Below, piece by piece: positions 42,119-56,022 of a stretch of DNA of 64,000 nucleotides. Under the pieces are notes generated by a model. It had not been told where the DNA came from and ran no database searches. It was given only the letters and a program-made list of their open reading frames with translations. Source of the DNA: Eledone cirrhosa (lineage: Eukaryota); contig OZ024741.1 in the NCBI GenBank assembly GCA_964016885.1, positions 141,112,001 through 141,176,000 of the forward strand, in the 5' to 3' direction. Position numbers and translations under genes: made by a program. Numbering within the stretch: the first letter of the stretch is position 1; every line of letters starts with the position of its first letter.

Positions 42119-43634
42119 TTGATGTATGTATGTATGTTACAATTGGATTACCAATATCGTTTGTTGCGAAACTAATGAAGAACATACAAACAAAAATTTA
42201 ATTACGTCTTTGAGATCGATTACAAGGTCAGATATGAAACGATGACGTTATATTTCATACTTGCTGGGTATATAGCAGTTTTTACCAGTGAAGAATTTGT
42301 TGCTGATCAAGAAGTTTCCTTTCTCTTTGTGGAAAGTAAAATATATGTTTAAGTGGCTTTACAATGATAGAAGTAGATCTAGTGAGCGAAATCATTAGTA
42401 TAGCAAACATTCAAAGAGGTTCTATTCTGTTTGGGTAAATCAATATCATAAATCTAAATATATTCCATTGATAGCTTTTGATGTATATCCTTATCACAGA
42501 ACCACTCTGCGATCATCTGTAACACAAACGCTTAATTATTCAAAACTTGTACATCTTAATCATTCTCTATTGAATTTTCAATTCTCTCTTCTCACGAATA
42601 TTAACCGTAGAACAAATTATGATATTATCTCTGATAATATTCTATATGAGCTGCTAGAATTCTTTTGAAGACTGTTGGGAGTTTTCAATGTCCAGCTTGT
42701 AAACTTCTAACTCAAATATATCAGATACAAAATGCACATGCATGTAACATGCATACAAACATCCAGTCATGAACCCTGACATTTTAAACTTGTGCAGTCC
42801 CTCCGTCTCTAAGTCTGAACAAAACCAGTGGGTTGGTAGCAACCAGAAAGAGAAATGGTGGGAATAATCGACACCAGTTCAACACTGCGTTTTCATTTAT
42901 CGATCTCTAAAGGATGAAAGATAAAGGTAGCCTAAGCGGACTCGAAACGCAGAGAGTCGACACGAATACAGCTGAGCAGTCTATCCGTCCATCTAACGAC
43001 TGGCTAATTTACCGCCTTACACTCGCAATCATTCATTCACATCTCACGCATTTTACGTCACATGGCGTTTATAGAAAGACCTTTTTTGTTTTAAATCACA
43101 TGTTAAACGTTGAGCTTGATTGTGCTATCATCTTCAGTAAATGTATCTTATAGTTGACTGGGAATCAAAATCCCTTTCCCTACATGCGTTCATTTCTTGT
43201 TTTAATAGATCAAATGCATTGAAATGTGTTATGTAGTGTTTGCTGTTCATATTTGCTGCTCAACATGAAAACAAACAACTAAGTAGGAATGTTGGTATGA
43301 GCATTCATGTTATTATATATTTTAATGAATCTTTATTGAAAATAGACATCTACCCATACACTAGACATCTGCCCATAAACTAGAATGTCTATTTAAACGC
43401 ATCTGGTAAACTTTCAACAACTTCTACACTAATTACCATAGCATTATCTTCTTATTCATGAGTCATAACTGCGCTATCCTCTTGGTACAGACTTGCTTGG
43501 CAATCACGTGGCTTCTGATCTAATCCCACTGGGTTGCACATTTGGCAAATGTCTTCTACTCTAAATGTTGTCCAATGATTTGAGGGGGAATTCAATGTGT
43601 GTCGACACTGCAGAAAACATGCTATATATATATG

Positions 43635-43694
<60 letters not shown>

Positions 43695-43696
<2 letters not shown>

Positions 43697-45610
43697 TTTG
43701 ATGACATGTTGAGAACTTTGGGAGAGGGCTCCCACGCTGATGTCATCTACCTTGATTTCAGCAAGGTCTTTAACAGGGTTGATCACAACATTCTACTGAC
43801 AAAACTATCCAACATTGGTGTCACTGGAATGTTGCTGTAGTGGATCAAGTGTTTCCTGCCAAAAGAGCCCAACATGTTGTCGTCGAAGAAGTACAATCCA
43901 GCCCAGCCAAAGTCAATAATGCTGTCCTACAATGAACTGTGTTGGGCCCACTTCTTTTCATTATATACAGGGTGTCCCAAACAATTTAACATCATTTCGC
44001 AGGCCAATAACTTTGGAATTCTTGTTGAAATAACCTCAAATTTTCACAGAATGTATAGAAACAGATCAAAATTTAATATTTAATGTTTTATATTTTTCTC
44101 TTTTCAGGTTGAGAAATGCCATCCACTTCTAAAGAAAAGTCATTTCGCGTCTTGGAATATGTTCGAACACAGTCACCAAGAAAAAAGTCACCAACTGGCA
44201 AACATTATCCTCAGGATACGCCAAACCATCAATCGAGGAATCTGGGTTTCCAAACTTGTTCTCCTTACGGACATCTTGGGGTTACGCAACAGTTTTTCAC
44301 GAACTTGCTCGGCCTTCTCTTCTGATGTTGATGATGGTCTTCCATATCCTTTAGCCCTGCATATCCAGCCTTCCTCTTTAAAATGTTGGTACCTGGTCCA
44401 AATTTGTTTGCCAGTTGGTGACTTTTTTTCAAATATTGCATTGAAGGCACGCTGCACAGTCTTGGGTGACTGTGTTCGAGCATATCCCAAGACGCAAAAT
44501 GACTTTTCTTTGGAAGTAAACGGCATTTCTCAACCTGAAAAGAGAAAAAATATAAAACATTAAATATTAAATCTTGATCTGTTTCGATACATTCTGTGAA
44601 AATTTGAGGTTATTTTAACAAGAATTGGTAAAATTATTGGCCTGCGAAATGATGTCAAATTTTTGGGGACACCCTGTATATTGATGGCATTACTGACACC
44701 ACCAAACACAGCAGCATAAGAATCTTCGCAGATGATTGCAAGCTCCAGAAAGTCATAAATGGCGAGGGTGACCGGATATGCATCCAATCAGATCTACAGG
44801 CTGTTATCCATTGGGCGAAAAAGAAAAATATGCTGCTGGACGAGGGTAAATTTTAGTTAATCTACTTTGGACAAGAGGATGCCCTGAAACTCCCATACTC
44901 CCCTCCTTCAGGTGAAGCTCTCGTGGTATCCAACAACATCAGAGACTTCCTGGTAATTGTGGACAAAATAATCTGGGCTACTCATATAAACAGCAAAGTT
45001 GACATGACCCGCAGAATGTGTTCCTAGATTCTCAGAACCTTTCAGTCGAAAGATATCCACACTGTTATCCTTCTCTTCTCCACTTTTGTCTGACCCCACC
45101 TTGAATACTGTTGTCCGCTGTGGTCTCCCCACATGATACAAAGTATCAGGAAAATTCAAGCTCCTCAAAGGTCAATCACGAAAAGGATAGATGGCCTGTC
45201 AGGCCTTGATTATTGGGTCGACTAGAAAAACTCAACCTTTATTCTCTCCAACGCCGCCGTGAGCGCTACATTATCTGCATGATGTGGAGAATATTCCATC
45301 AGCATTGCCCAAATGATATTGGCATCACCTTAAAAGTACACACAAGGTTTGGGCCCGTGCTATCCGCCTACAACATAAATCCCACTCGCATCTCATACCA
45401 ACAATACGGCACAATTATTTCACCTCAATTGGCCCCGCTCTCTTTAACATTACACCGAAACACATTAAAACAGAAACAGACTCCATAAAGTTCAAGAAGT
45501 CTTTGTACAAATTCCTTCAAGAAATCCAAGATAAATTTCCTACACCCAGATATGTCTCCGTAAACAATAACTCCCTACTTCAGTGGAGCATGTTGTCCAA
45601 ATCCTGATTT
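43695..45610 (+). mobile_element. CR1-like LINE, 5'-truncated RT region, interrupted by a DNA transposon
   Basis: DVIYLDFSKVFNRVDHNILLTKL, TVLGPLLFIIY [insertion] IDGI..IFADDCK, PHLEYCCPLWSPH, LEKLNLYSLQRRRERY. Confidence 0.85.
43968..44676 (-). mobile_element. Tc1/mariner-superfamily non-autonomous derivative with long TIRs and TA TSD
   Basis: TA|CAGGGTGTCCC ... GGGACACCCTG|TA. Arms of about 235 and 270 bp. Minus ORF 44188-44526 encodes a transposase N-terminal HTH region (FCVLGYARTQSPKTVQRAF..GRP..NPKMSVRRTS, DUF4817-like). Confidence 0.9.
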
Positions 45611-45743
45611 GAAAGACTTCGCCAGGTAGTGCTATTAAGTTGGACATGGCCTGGGCCAATACTGGCCGTAACCTATCAAAGCTGATTTCTTCAATTTACC
45701 TCTACGAGTAATTCTTATTTGATTATATATCCGTAAACGCGTC

Positions 45744-46120
45744 AATTGGCAGTATCGGTAGAGAGTTGGACGCTATGCTTTCCAGCATAGTTACGTCCCT
45801 TTACGGACTGAGTTCAAATCCCGCCGAGGTTAACTTTGCCTTTCATCCTTACGGGGTCGATAAAATAAAGTACCAGTAATACACCGGAGTAATTGCTGGC
45901 CTTGTGCCAAATATAGAAACAATTATTACCAACAACCGGTGGATTGGCAGTATTGGTAGAGAATGGGGCGCCATGCTTTCCAGCATAATTACATCCCTTT
46001 ACGGTCTGAGTTCATATCCCGCCGAGGTTAACTTTGCCTTTCATCTTACGGGGTCGATAAAATAAAGTACCAGTAATGTACTGATAATTGCCGGCCTTGT
46101 GCCAAAAGTAGAAACAATTA
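45744..46120 (+). mobile_element. Two tandem SINE family A copies
   Basis: The second copy (45938-46116) is flanked by TSD ATTATTACCAACAACC at 45922-45937 and 46117-46132, so it inserted at the tail of the first. Confidence 0.9.
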
Positions 46121-47824
46121 TTACCAACAACCAAGTGATAATGTCAGAACGATCATACATATCATTATATATTTCAATCGAGCTGAACATAACCCAATAC
46201 ACATATTCTAGATTTTCTAGTTAATACAGCATTCTTAAACCAGTTCAGCTTTTTTTACGATGCAATGTATTGATCGCGGATGCTCAACGAAGGCATCATC
46301 ACATACATGCATACAACCCACATCTATCTACTAGCTTAATCATGAATTCATTCAGTATATGGTTCCATATTAGCTGTACTAATATTCACTGAAAATACAA
46401 GAATTCACACATGCACGCATGTATGTATATACGAGTATTAGCTTAGTATAAGAGTGTGTGTATGTGTGGATATGTGTGCATATATTGCAATATTGTTTCT
46501 ATTTTGTGTATTATGAATTGACGCAACCCGACATAACTCAATTCCTTCGCCTTGTTGATAACATTTGGACAAAGGAGAGAGTACATTTTTAATAAGCCAC
46601 GTTCGTTCGATCTGTGTGGTAATCAGCTCTGAGAGATGGAGTCATGCGAGCAGATAGGACTGCAGGTTTCTACATGTTCCGTTGCATATATCGATTTTTC
46701 TTCAGCTTGTCGAAGCATATTCACATTTATGCATCGTAACTACGCTCAATAATGCTTCTCACAAAGATTTCTCAGCCACCGCCGTGTTGTTAAGAATTTT
46801 TCGCTATATAATCACATGGCGTTCCATTCGCAGGATGCGCAGCCCCTTCAGAAAGTGATTTCTACTGTAGTATTAGGTTGTCCTACCGTTTGATATGTAG
46901 TAACTGTGTGAAGGGTTGTCGTGTGTATGCATGTATGTTCAGTTGTTTTATGAGTTTGTGTAATAAACATACATCTGAATGGAGGGCAAATATACTGTTT
47001 ATAGTATATGATATACTATCAATGAAACAGTGACTGCCTATTTTAACGCTTTGCAGAAGCTGCATGCTTCTCAAAACACTAGACTTTACCCTACTGTTAT
47101 CTGTATGGTTATTGATCCGTTGTACAGACAACGCTATGTAGATTTTATATTAATAATCTATGTAGTGCTAACGTTGCGACGAGGGAAAGACACTATGTAG
47201 ATTTTAAACTAATATTCTCTGTACAGCTACCATTGAAACCAATACAATATTTTGTGTATATTTTGTCAATAAAAACCATTAATCTTAATAAAATAATCAG
47301 GGTTAAACAAAAGGCATCCATATTTACATTTATTTAGCCGCGCATGAAACAGTTGCCTACTCTCACACTCAGGCTCACTGATTTGTTTTCTCCATTATTC
47401 AACCATAGGCGGCAAATGTGCAGAATGGTTAGGGTGTCGAGTAAAATTCCCTATGGGATTCGTTCTAGCCCTCTACCCTCTGAGATCAAATCATTCCTAG
47501 TTCAACTTGCGTTTCATCCTCTCTAGGTCATGCATTTATTAATGAAATTGCTACAAGAAAATTACGCTTTTCTGCCCCGAACTTTCACCGTACTTAAGAC
47601 AAACCGCGTAGAAGACATTAGGATCAACTGCTATTGAATAATCAGTTGAATAGATGTTTTCTTTTGTTGCTGACAATCCCCTTTGTTTTGTTTTGTTTTC
47701 TTTTCTGTGGACCTAGCGGATAGTTTAATGTAAACCTTTCATTCATTGCACAGAAAGGTTTTTATTAAATCTCTTATTTCTACGGTAAATTTACCTTAAT
47801 TATATATTATTATTATTTCTAGCT

Positions 47825-48005
47825 CATTAGGCCAAAGAACCAAAGAACAACCAGAGGGCAGCCAAAGCAAAATGGCGCGACGATCTGACCTCGGCCCCAC
47901 ATCGACCAATATGGTCAGAGATAGGAAGCGGTTTCTTCAATGATAGGCAATGATAGCAATGATAGGCAGGGGTTTCTTCAATGAAGATGAGAAGGCCCTT
48001 GAGTT
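47825..48005 (+). mobile_element. Short RTE-like LINE 3' remnant
   Basis: RPKNQRTTRGQPKAKWRDDL resembles the RTE C-terminal RxRGRPxxRWxDD motif. Confidence 0.45.
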
Positions 48006-49711
48006 TTGTAGACCAAAGGAAACAGGAATATAAACAATATAGGAGAATAAGTTTCGAATAGGTATTGAAGTCCGCCATTGCTTCGATAGCCCTTTATAAT
48101 TGTCCGTGTCCATACACGCCCGGTACATTCTGAGGCCAAACAAGTCTGGGGAAGTTATGATGCTAGATTCTATCCCGCTGTATATCTCACAGACCAAATA
48201 TGTATAGCCACAATTCGGTGTAAATATATATACCCACTAATTCCAAATTTAATTCAACTTGTAACTTTAAATAATTGTTTTTCTTTAGATTTCGACTGGG
48301 TGATGTTGTATTTTAGTTACCTTTTGAGGCCACCTCTCCGTTATGTCGTAAATAATTAAAACATTTGTTAATTTAGGAATCAGTAACAATGTCGAATTGA
48401 TTACATTTAAGATTGGTGATGTTTATTTTAATAAATCAATCATTAGGAAATAATCGATAGAGAATAATAATGTTTCGAACATAAGGCGTGGAAATCTGAT
48501 CTCATGTAGGCAGTAGTTCGTAGGAACCCACATTTGTCGGTTTACAGAGACGACAGATAGTTACGAAGAACAAAGTGAGTTAGTGAAATGTAAATTATAT
48601 CCCATTGAATGTCTCTGCGATCAATCGGTAGCAGCCGTTGCTCGGTGTAAATGAATTATTCCACTCGTTCGAAACTTAACACAACTTTACCCTCACCGCT
48701 AGTGCAGCGTGTAAAATTAAACAATTCGCGTCACGAATTGAAAACAATTATATAATGTGGCTGTAATCGAGAGGTTCAATAACATATCCTGTTTTGATAC
48801 TGTCTTTTTATGCTGTTATTCCCAAATCCATAAATTCAAAGGTCGCTATGCTATTTCCAGTGTCAGAATAATGAACAAATAATTCACCATTGAATTTGGA
48901 TTTCAGACTAATTAAAAGATCCACCTTAATTTTGATGTCGTTTTACAAACGATAGTATTAGAATAATCGATTACATCAAACATTTAGAGGAATCTTTCTT
49001 TAAACGTATTCAATGAAGCATCGCTTCATTCCCATTCATGTTATTTGCTTCGCCTAAAATTATCTCTGTAACTCTTTTCATACTAAACCGCCCCTTATTC
49101 TATGATACAAAGCTATTTGTTTTAAAGTGTTTATATGAATCTAAAAACCTTCAAACACCAGCTTAATAAAGAGAATGTCAATTATATTACTATGACCTTA
49201 CACACTTTTGATTATCTTCATAATTATTTAAAATTTATAATCTGTGGCTTTCATCAGAAATATGAAAATGAAAGGGTTAATTAACACCGGAAATGTTCAA
49301 TCGGTGTGTATTCAAATTACTAATCCCGTACCTCAAATACATATATTTGAAATCAAATCATCATATATTGCCGTCTGCTTGTTGGTACATTGCTTTTATG
49401 GAACGTCGAACCGTCGGTAACAAGTAATTGCTACTCAGCACTTCAAAGAATAGTTTTCTGCAACGGAACTGAGCTCCACTTTCCACTAAACTACAAAAAT
49501 ATTGTCTTTGAATTGTTCCTTTCTTCTCCGAGGCGTATTCTAACTTTATAACTTCAACATAATCCAGTCACACCATAATCATAATGAAAATATTAAAGTT
49601 ACTACCTGATTCCGCGGAAATTCTACCGTTGTTAAAAACAAAGAAAACGTAGTCTGATAAATTCACTATTTCATCATTGTATTCTCATACCCCTTACATT
49701 ATTATAATAAT

Positions 49712-49895
49712 TATTTCTACTTTTGGCACAAGGCCAGCAAATACCCAATACATTACTGGTACTTTATTTTATCGACCCGTAAGGATGAAAGGCAAAGTTA
49801 ACCTCGGCGGGATTTGAACTCAGATTATAAAGGGACGTAACTATGCTGGACAGCATGGAGTCCGACCCTGTACCGATACTGTCAATCCACCGCCC
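49712..49895 (-). mobile_element. SINE family A, full length
   Basis: Reverse complement of 12691-12882, flanked by ATT repeats. Confidence 0.85.
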
Positions 49896-50679
49896 TATTA
49901 TTATTATACCAATTTATCTTGAATGGATATTAGTGTTTTTTTACGTCTTTATTTTCCATGCTTACTGGCAGTAACTACTCTAACGAAAACATCAGTTAAA
50001 GCAATCCTAGCTGTTGACAATGTGTTACCATACATGAGTAACATGTTACCATCCATGAGTTATCACAGTTTGTCGTAAGTAAATGAAGTCAATCCCTCTC
50101 TTATTAAATGTTTAATCTTGTACTTTGTCATCGGATTTCATAATGTAACTTGAAACAAAGGATCAGTTTAGCAGACGACATTAATTACACTTAATCGGTG
50201 GTGTTAAATAATTGACGACTTTTAAGGAATTGTATATCAATAAAATATAAATTACTCTTCGCTTTGCCCTCCTTACCACCACCGTCACCTTCAGTAATCA
50301 ATATTTCTAACTTTAACTCCACCAGCTGAAGTTCTCAGTATATCACTTGTGTGTATTCCAGTGTGTATGTTATGCAGTAAAGGGAAGTGAAAGAGAGAGG
50401 AGAATATTTTCATGGGGAAGAAGTAGAAACGGTGAGCGGTAAAGGAATGAGTAATACATTTATTAGTCGGTTAATGTACCCTTCCCTTACACATTAAATG
50501 TTGCCTCTTTCACCAGTCCCACCGCATACCATTACTAACTTCCCTTCTTTCCATCAACACTCAACTAAACGACCTTCTCTTCTACCTTACCCAGTTACTA
50601 CTCTCCCTTTCATTTTCTATTTGAGTCTTCCGCCGACTGCGTAATATATTTACTAGCGTATTAAAGATTATTTCTAATT

Positions 50680-50878
50680 TATTCACAACCCCAACAATTT
50701 GTGGGAAGGTGAAAGTCAGTTATAATGGTCCCAGTACTTTACAAGCACTTATTCTATCGGCCACGAAATGAAATGCAAAGTTGACATCGGTTGGATTGGA
50801 ACTCAGAATGTAAAAAGTCGAGAGTGGATGCTGCAAAGCATTTTTTCTTATAATTTCGTTCTGCCAATCCACCACCCT
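50680..50878 (-). mobile_element. Diverged SINE A-related copy
   Basis: Minus strand starts GGGTGGTGGATTGGCAGAAC and contains TTCTGAGTTCCAATCC and CAACTTTGCATTTCAT. Confidence 0.6.
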
Positions 50879-51700
50879 TACTAGCGTTTGATATTGTTAA
50901 TAATTTCAATTCTTGAATATATTTTAACCCTGATATATTTATATATTAGTTAATTTCACAAACAAACTGTTCCTTTGGTCGAACAACTGGCGGAGGTCTA
51001 TTTTTTGTTCCAGTTAATTAAAATTAAAACTTAAGAAATGTTTGTTCTGTCAAGCCGGTGTGGCATCGATGAAACAATTAGTGATAGAAATGTAGAAAAT
51101 GAAATGTTATGTTAATAAGCGTTGCCATGCCCTGCAGCCTTAACGAGCCACTCTGACTTGTTACCCAACCTTTCATTAGAGATCTACTCTTCTATGAATA
51201 GAATTGATCCACTAAAAATGAATCAATAAGAAATTTATGTAAATCTTATACATCGTTGTATTTTGTTTAGCTGTATTTCTCTTTCAGACTCACTCCCAAC
51301 CTTGAAACTAAAATAACCTGTTTTAGCTGAACATTTACTCTTCGTGACAAAACCAAAATTGATCACCGAATACCTTTTGTGTTCATTTGCATTTCTGTAA
51401 CAAATCGATATTCCTAGACTACTGTTATGCGTTTTCAATGACCACTTTGTAAAATCAGTCAGCATAAAAATAAAAATGCTACATCAATTGTTGATTAAGT
51501 CAGTAAACGACTTCGGGAATAATTTTAGATTAAACATCTACAGAATATTCTGGGAGGTATACACAATTATGGTTTCTGTTGCACTTCTATCATTGTAATT
51601 AACACATAGATATCTTCCCCGTTAGAAGAGGGAATATATGTGTAGCATATGTTTATAGATAGTGGGAATTAATTTCAGGGGTATTATTTGTTCATAGGAT

Positions 51701-51872
51701 GGATTGGTAGTATCGGTAGAGGGTCGGACGCCATGCTTTGACGCATAGAGTTACGGCCCTTGCCATTCAGAGTTCAAATCCCGCCGAGGTTAACTTTGCC
51801 TTACGGGGTCGATAAAATAAAGTACCAGTAATACACTGGGTAATTGCTGGCCTTGTGCCGAAAGTAGAAACA
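51701..51872 (+). mobile_element. SINE family A
   Basis: 18-bp TSD ATTATTTGTTCATAGGAT at 51683-51700 and 51873-51890. Confidence 0.9.
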
Positions 51873-52385
51873 ATTATTTGTTCATAGGATAAACAAAATA
51901 TATTTAGCACATACGACCAAAATAATAGTTGCTTACAATTGAAATGTATTAGATAATAATGTAGAAAACATGTTTATGCAATGTAGAGTCCATCTTGTTT
52001 ACCAAAGTAGCATTTACGGTTGCGTGTACTTTAATCTCATTATGTACCCATGGACTGCTGTTTCCCCTTATATCTCTGGACATCAGAATTATACGGAGTT
52101 TAATGTAATTAAATTTTTTTTTTGTCTTCTGGAATGTTGCATATGCACACTTGAAAAACGTTAACTTTGTCTTCATCCTAGCAAGGTCGAGGAAATACCA
52201 GTTAAGTACTGCAGTCGATTCTTCCTCTAGCTTTCTGTCTCATATCCTCTCCCTCGCGGTACTGGAAGACATCGGCTGCATTCAGATCTAGAGAAGGCAC
52301 GAATAGTATACTTTACGTTATTCGTTCTGACGTTCGTCGTACAATCCCGCCAAGGCCAACTTCGAATTTCTTCTTATCGCTCTTT

Positions 52386-52475
<90 letters not shown>

Positions 52476-52736
52476 TTTCTCTCAATCACTCTCTTACCAT
52501 CTCTGGAAGAAATTTGTTGTCTCCAGACGAGATAAGTATAAGCTCCGCCAGCATTATAACGCCCAAGAAACGCAATATGTCTCTTTGTAATCCCTACAAT
52601 TCCACCAGTGGTTACTAGTCCATACAAAATAAAACATTGTGTGTCCGTCAACCTTGGAAATCCGAAGGTAAAAACCTGACGACGATGCCCAACGGCTTCG
52701 GCTTCTATACAGCAACACTTTTCAAGTATGTGTATG

Positions 52737-52786
<50 letters not shown>

Positions 52787-55700
52787 AAAACAATAATAAA
52801 TATCCATTTATAAGTGTAAAAATTAAGTGAAACAAAAATGTTGTTACGTTACATTTTTGTCCAGTATTGATATATAGGTTAGACATTTTGTAAAGACATT
52901 CGTATTCAAGCTGAGCTGTTTATTATCAATGAGTATAGACATAGATGGCGCCTCAAAATTAAGATGAATCTCTAATGATATACATTTTACATTAGGATAT
53001 ATAATATTCATTTGACAATCTTGATAAAAATCTCTCTAACGTATTAGGAATCCACAAATGTGCAGAAATATATTTATCAGCTAAATAAAGAAAATGAATG
53101 TTAGAAATGAGTAACTATATATTTGCAGGAGTTTGTAAAAAGCAAATCGTCAAGCTTATTACAGTGTCGGTTTAACTGTCTCAATATATGTTTGAGTTCT
53201 ACCCTCGCAGTACAAATCTCGGATACGTCAAATTAGATCTACATTTCGAGATGGATACAATGTCTTGGGGCGGTGGATTAGCTTAATTTATAAAGAGTCG
53301 GGTGGTTTAATGCGTAGTGTATATTCCGCTACTCACTGCTCTAAATTCAAACCCCGCCACATCTTCGTGGAATGGAGGAAGGCAGATTCTCAGTAGTGGA
53401 AAGACATATGGAAACCTAGGTTCCTTAGTCTGATCAGTTACTTTTCTGTGCATATAATAGGCACACTATTGTCGTCGGTGTAATAGGAATGTTCAAACTG
53501 CAGTATACATGATCAGGTTTTAATTAAATATGGATTAAATGTTCTTGGTTTAATATGTTTAGAGTGGACCTGCAGCATTTGTCCATATCAAATATATGGC
53601 AATGTCAAGCAGCCGTTTAATTTGATGATAAAATATAATTTTGCTCAACATTCAATGACAACAAACAAATAAAATCTCTCACACAAGTGAATTACAATAT
53701 AAATAACAAAGTTATCAATTTACATATTGCTCTGAAAAAGGAAACGATTTAAAATGTATTCCGGCTCACTCCGCTCTAAATTAAAACCACACGGAGGGCA
53801 ACTTTGCTTTTCATACTCTCGAGGTTTAGACAAAGCAGCAGTATTTTGGTAGGATTTTTAAAGAATCGAACAGGATATTATGTTGTATTGTATTCTATTC
53901 TGCACATTCTGTGTTCAAATAATGCCTCCTTCAGCCAGAAGTCACAACCGGCAAATGGTATCAACAATGAGTAGACCATAGAATATATATATATATCCGT
54001 TTGTCTACTCTTGTTTTATTGAGCAGGAAATATACATAGTTTGATAAATCCAGGATAAATTAAACTACCCAAACAAATATATACCTAGCCGGATAATTAC
54101 TGGAATTAAGTATGATAGATATTTAAATCTAATATTTTAAAAGAAAACATTTAATTTAGTCATACTTAATTCGAAAGAACAATTACACATTTTCCCCTTT
54201 TCAACAACAACCACACTAGAATGTTATTTGAACCTTATTGCTAGACCCAAATTTTGACAATCATACGAAAAGTTACAAATGTTAGCAATATGTATTCATA
54301 TCTTAAGTGAGGTAATCATCCTTCCACAGTATTAGATAGATGTGGCGTAGTATCATCGTTTTTACATCTCATACCTCTGTAGGTTTAGCTTACATCATAT
54401 GAGCATGTATCTCAAGAGTTTTCTTGGATGTAAAAGCTATAGGAACCCTAGTCCAATCATGTGTTTGTTTTTGTCACAGCTCACACCTCTGTAGATTTAT
54501 TGGACCTTCTACAATGTTGCATCAGAGTGGTTTCTTGTGTGTTTTAATATCGGCGGCTCTGGTCGTATCATGTAGATGTTGTTACAATTCACACCTATGT
54601 TGCTTTAAACGGCTTTCCATCAGGTTGCATATCACAAGAGTGTTCTTGAGTGTATGTTAATTTCTTTCACCAAACAAGTAGAACACTCATCGTCATAACC
54701 GACGGACCTCCAGCACACAAACAAGCTCTTTAATACATTAACGGAAATTATGTTCACTTGAAGTAGTATGATCATAGGATGCCGTCCACATCAATGTATA
54801 CTTGTATTCAGTAACAGACGTTAAGATTAAAATATTGTGAAATGCCTCAAAGTAAAACGAAATTTTGTTGTTGGATAGTAATATATATATATATATATAT
54901 ATAAGTTCGAATTAATAGGTTCATATACATAAAAGGAAACTATGAATTCTGGTACACGTGTATTTATCATCGCTATAATAGTTGGGATTTTTATAAATGT
55001 TTTAAAGTGATTGTGTTGAGTGTTATTTACGATTTTAAATTGTTTCATCAGTAAGTAGTTCTGGAATTTTAAGGAATTTATATTAAAAATAAAACCTATT
55101 TGTTTATGATTGATTCTAGGAATATTGATTTCTATTTTAACCTTCATAATCGTTTTGTTTTATAAGTATTTCAATGTTTCTTGAAATTTTGGAATTAGAA
55201 AATAAATGTCCATGTACATTTGGGAAAACAAATATATTATTTTGTTGTAGAACTGTATTATCAATAGCAGTACATGTATGCAGAATTGAATTATTTTAAA
55301 TACCTGACATGGTTGATCATATACAGAACAATTTTATGTTCCAATTCAAAGTAAAGATTTTGTTATATGTAATGGAATAAATTCAAAGGTACAGTGCACA
55401 CATAATATATATCTCAGATATTCCAGTAATGTGTTGCCTCTGAAAGTTATACCATATAAGGTAAATATTTTATGAGTATGTGGAAATGATGTAGTAGAAA
55501 TATGATACTGGTAAACAATATATTTTGTAACATGTAGTTTTATTACTTCAACGATTTGAACTGAAATTAATTTAATTGTGTCTCTACTACAGCAAACAGG
55601 CGACGAATTGACAGAGTCGTTAGAACGTTGCGTAGTTCAACTAACCCTTTCAACATTTCGAGATCGATAAAAGAAAAGTACCAACTCAGTACTGGAGTCG

Positions 55701-55983
55701 ATCGTCGTCTGCATCTAATTCTCATTTCCTCACTATCACACTCCCTTGCTATTGCTCTCTCTCACTCTAAGAAGAAAAAATCGGATGTTTGCAAAACTGG
55801 AGAGGGATTGCCTTCACTAGGTTTAAATTACCCAAAACATGATATAGGTCAGTACGGTGCCCCTATGATTCCACCAGGTATTATGGGTACATACATACAT
55901 ACATACATACATACATACATACATACATACATACATACATACATACATACATACATACATACCTACATACACACACACACTCA

Positions 55984-56022
55984 CTATTGGTAAAAATTTG
56001 TGAAATTATAAAACCAGAAGAA
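55984..56022 (+). mobile_element. Extremely 5'-truncated copy (about 39 bp) of the 3' end of the first RLE element, within (CATA)n
   Basis: CTATTGGTAAAAATTTGTGAAATTATAAAACCAGAAGAA matches 35455-35493 with one mismatch. (CATA)n lies at 55888-55968 and downstream. Confidence 0.8.
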
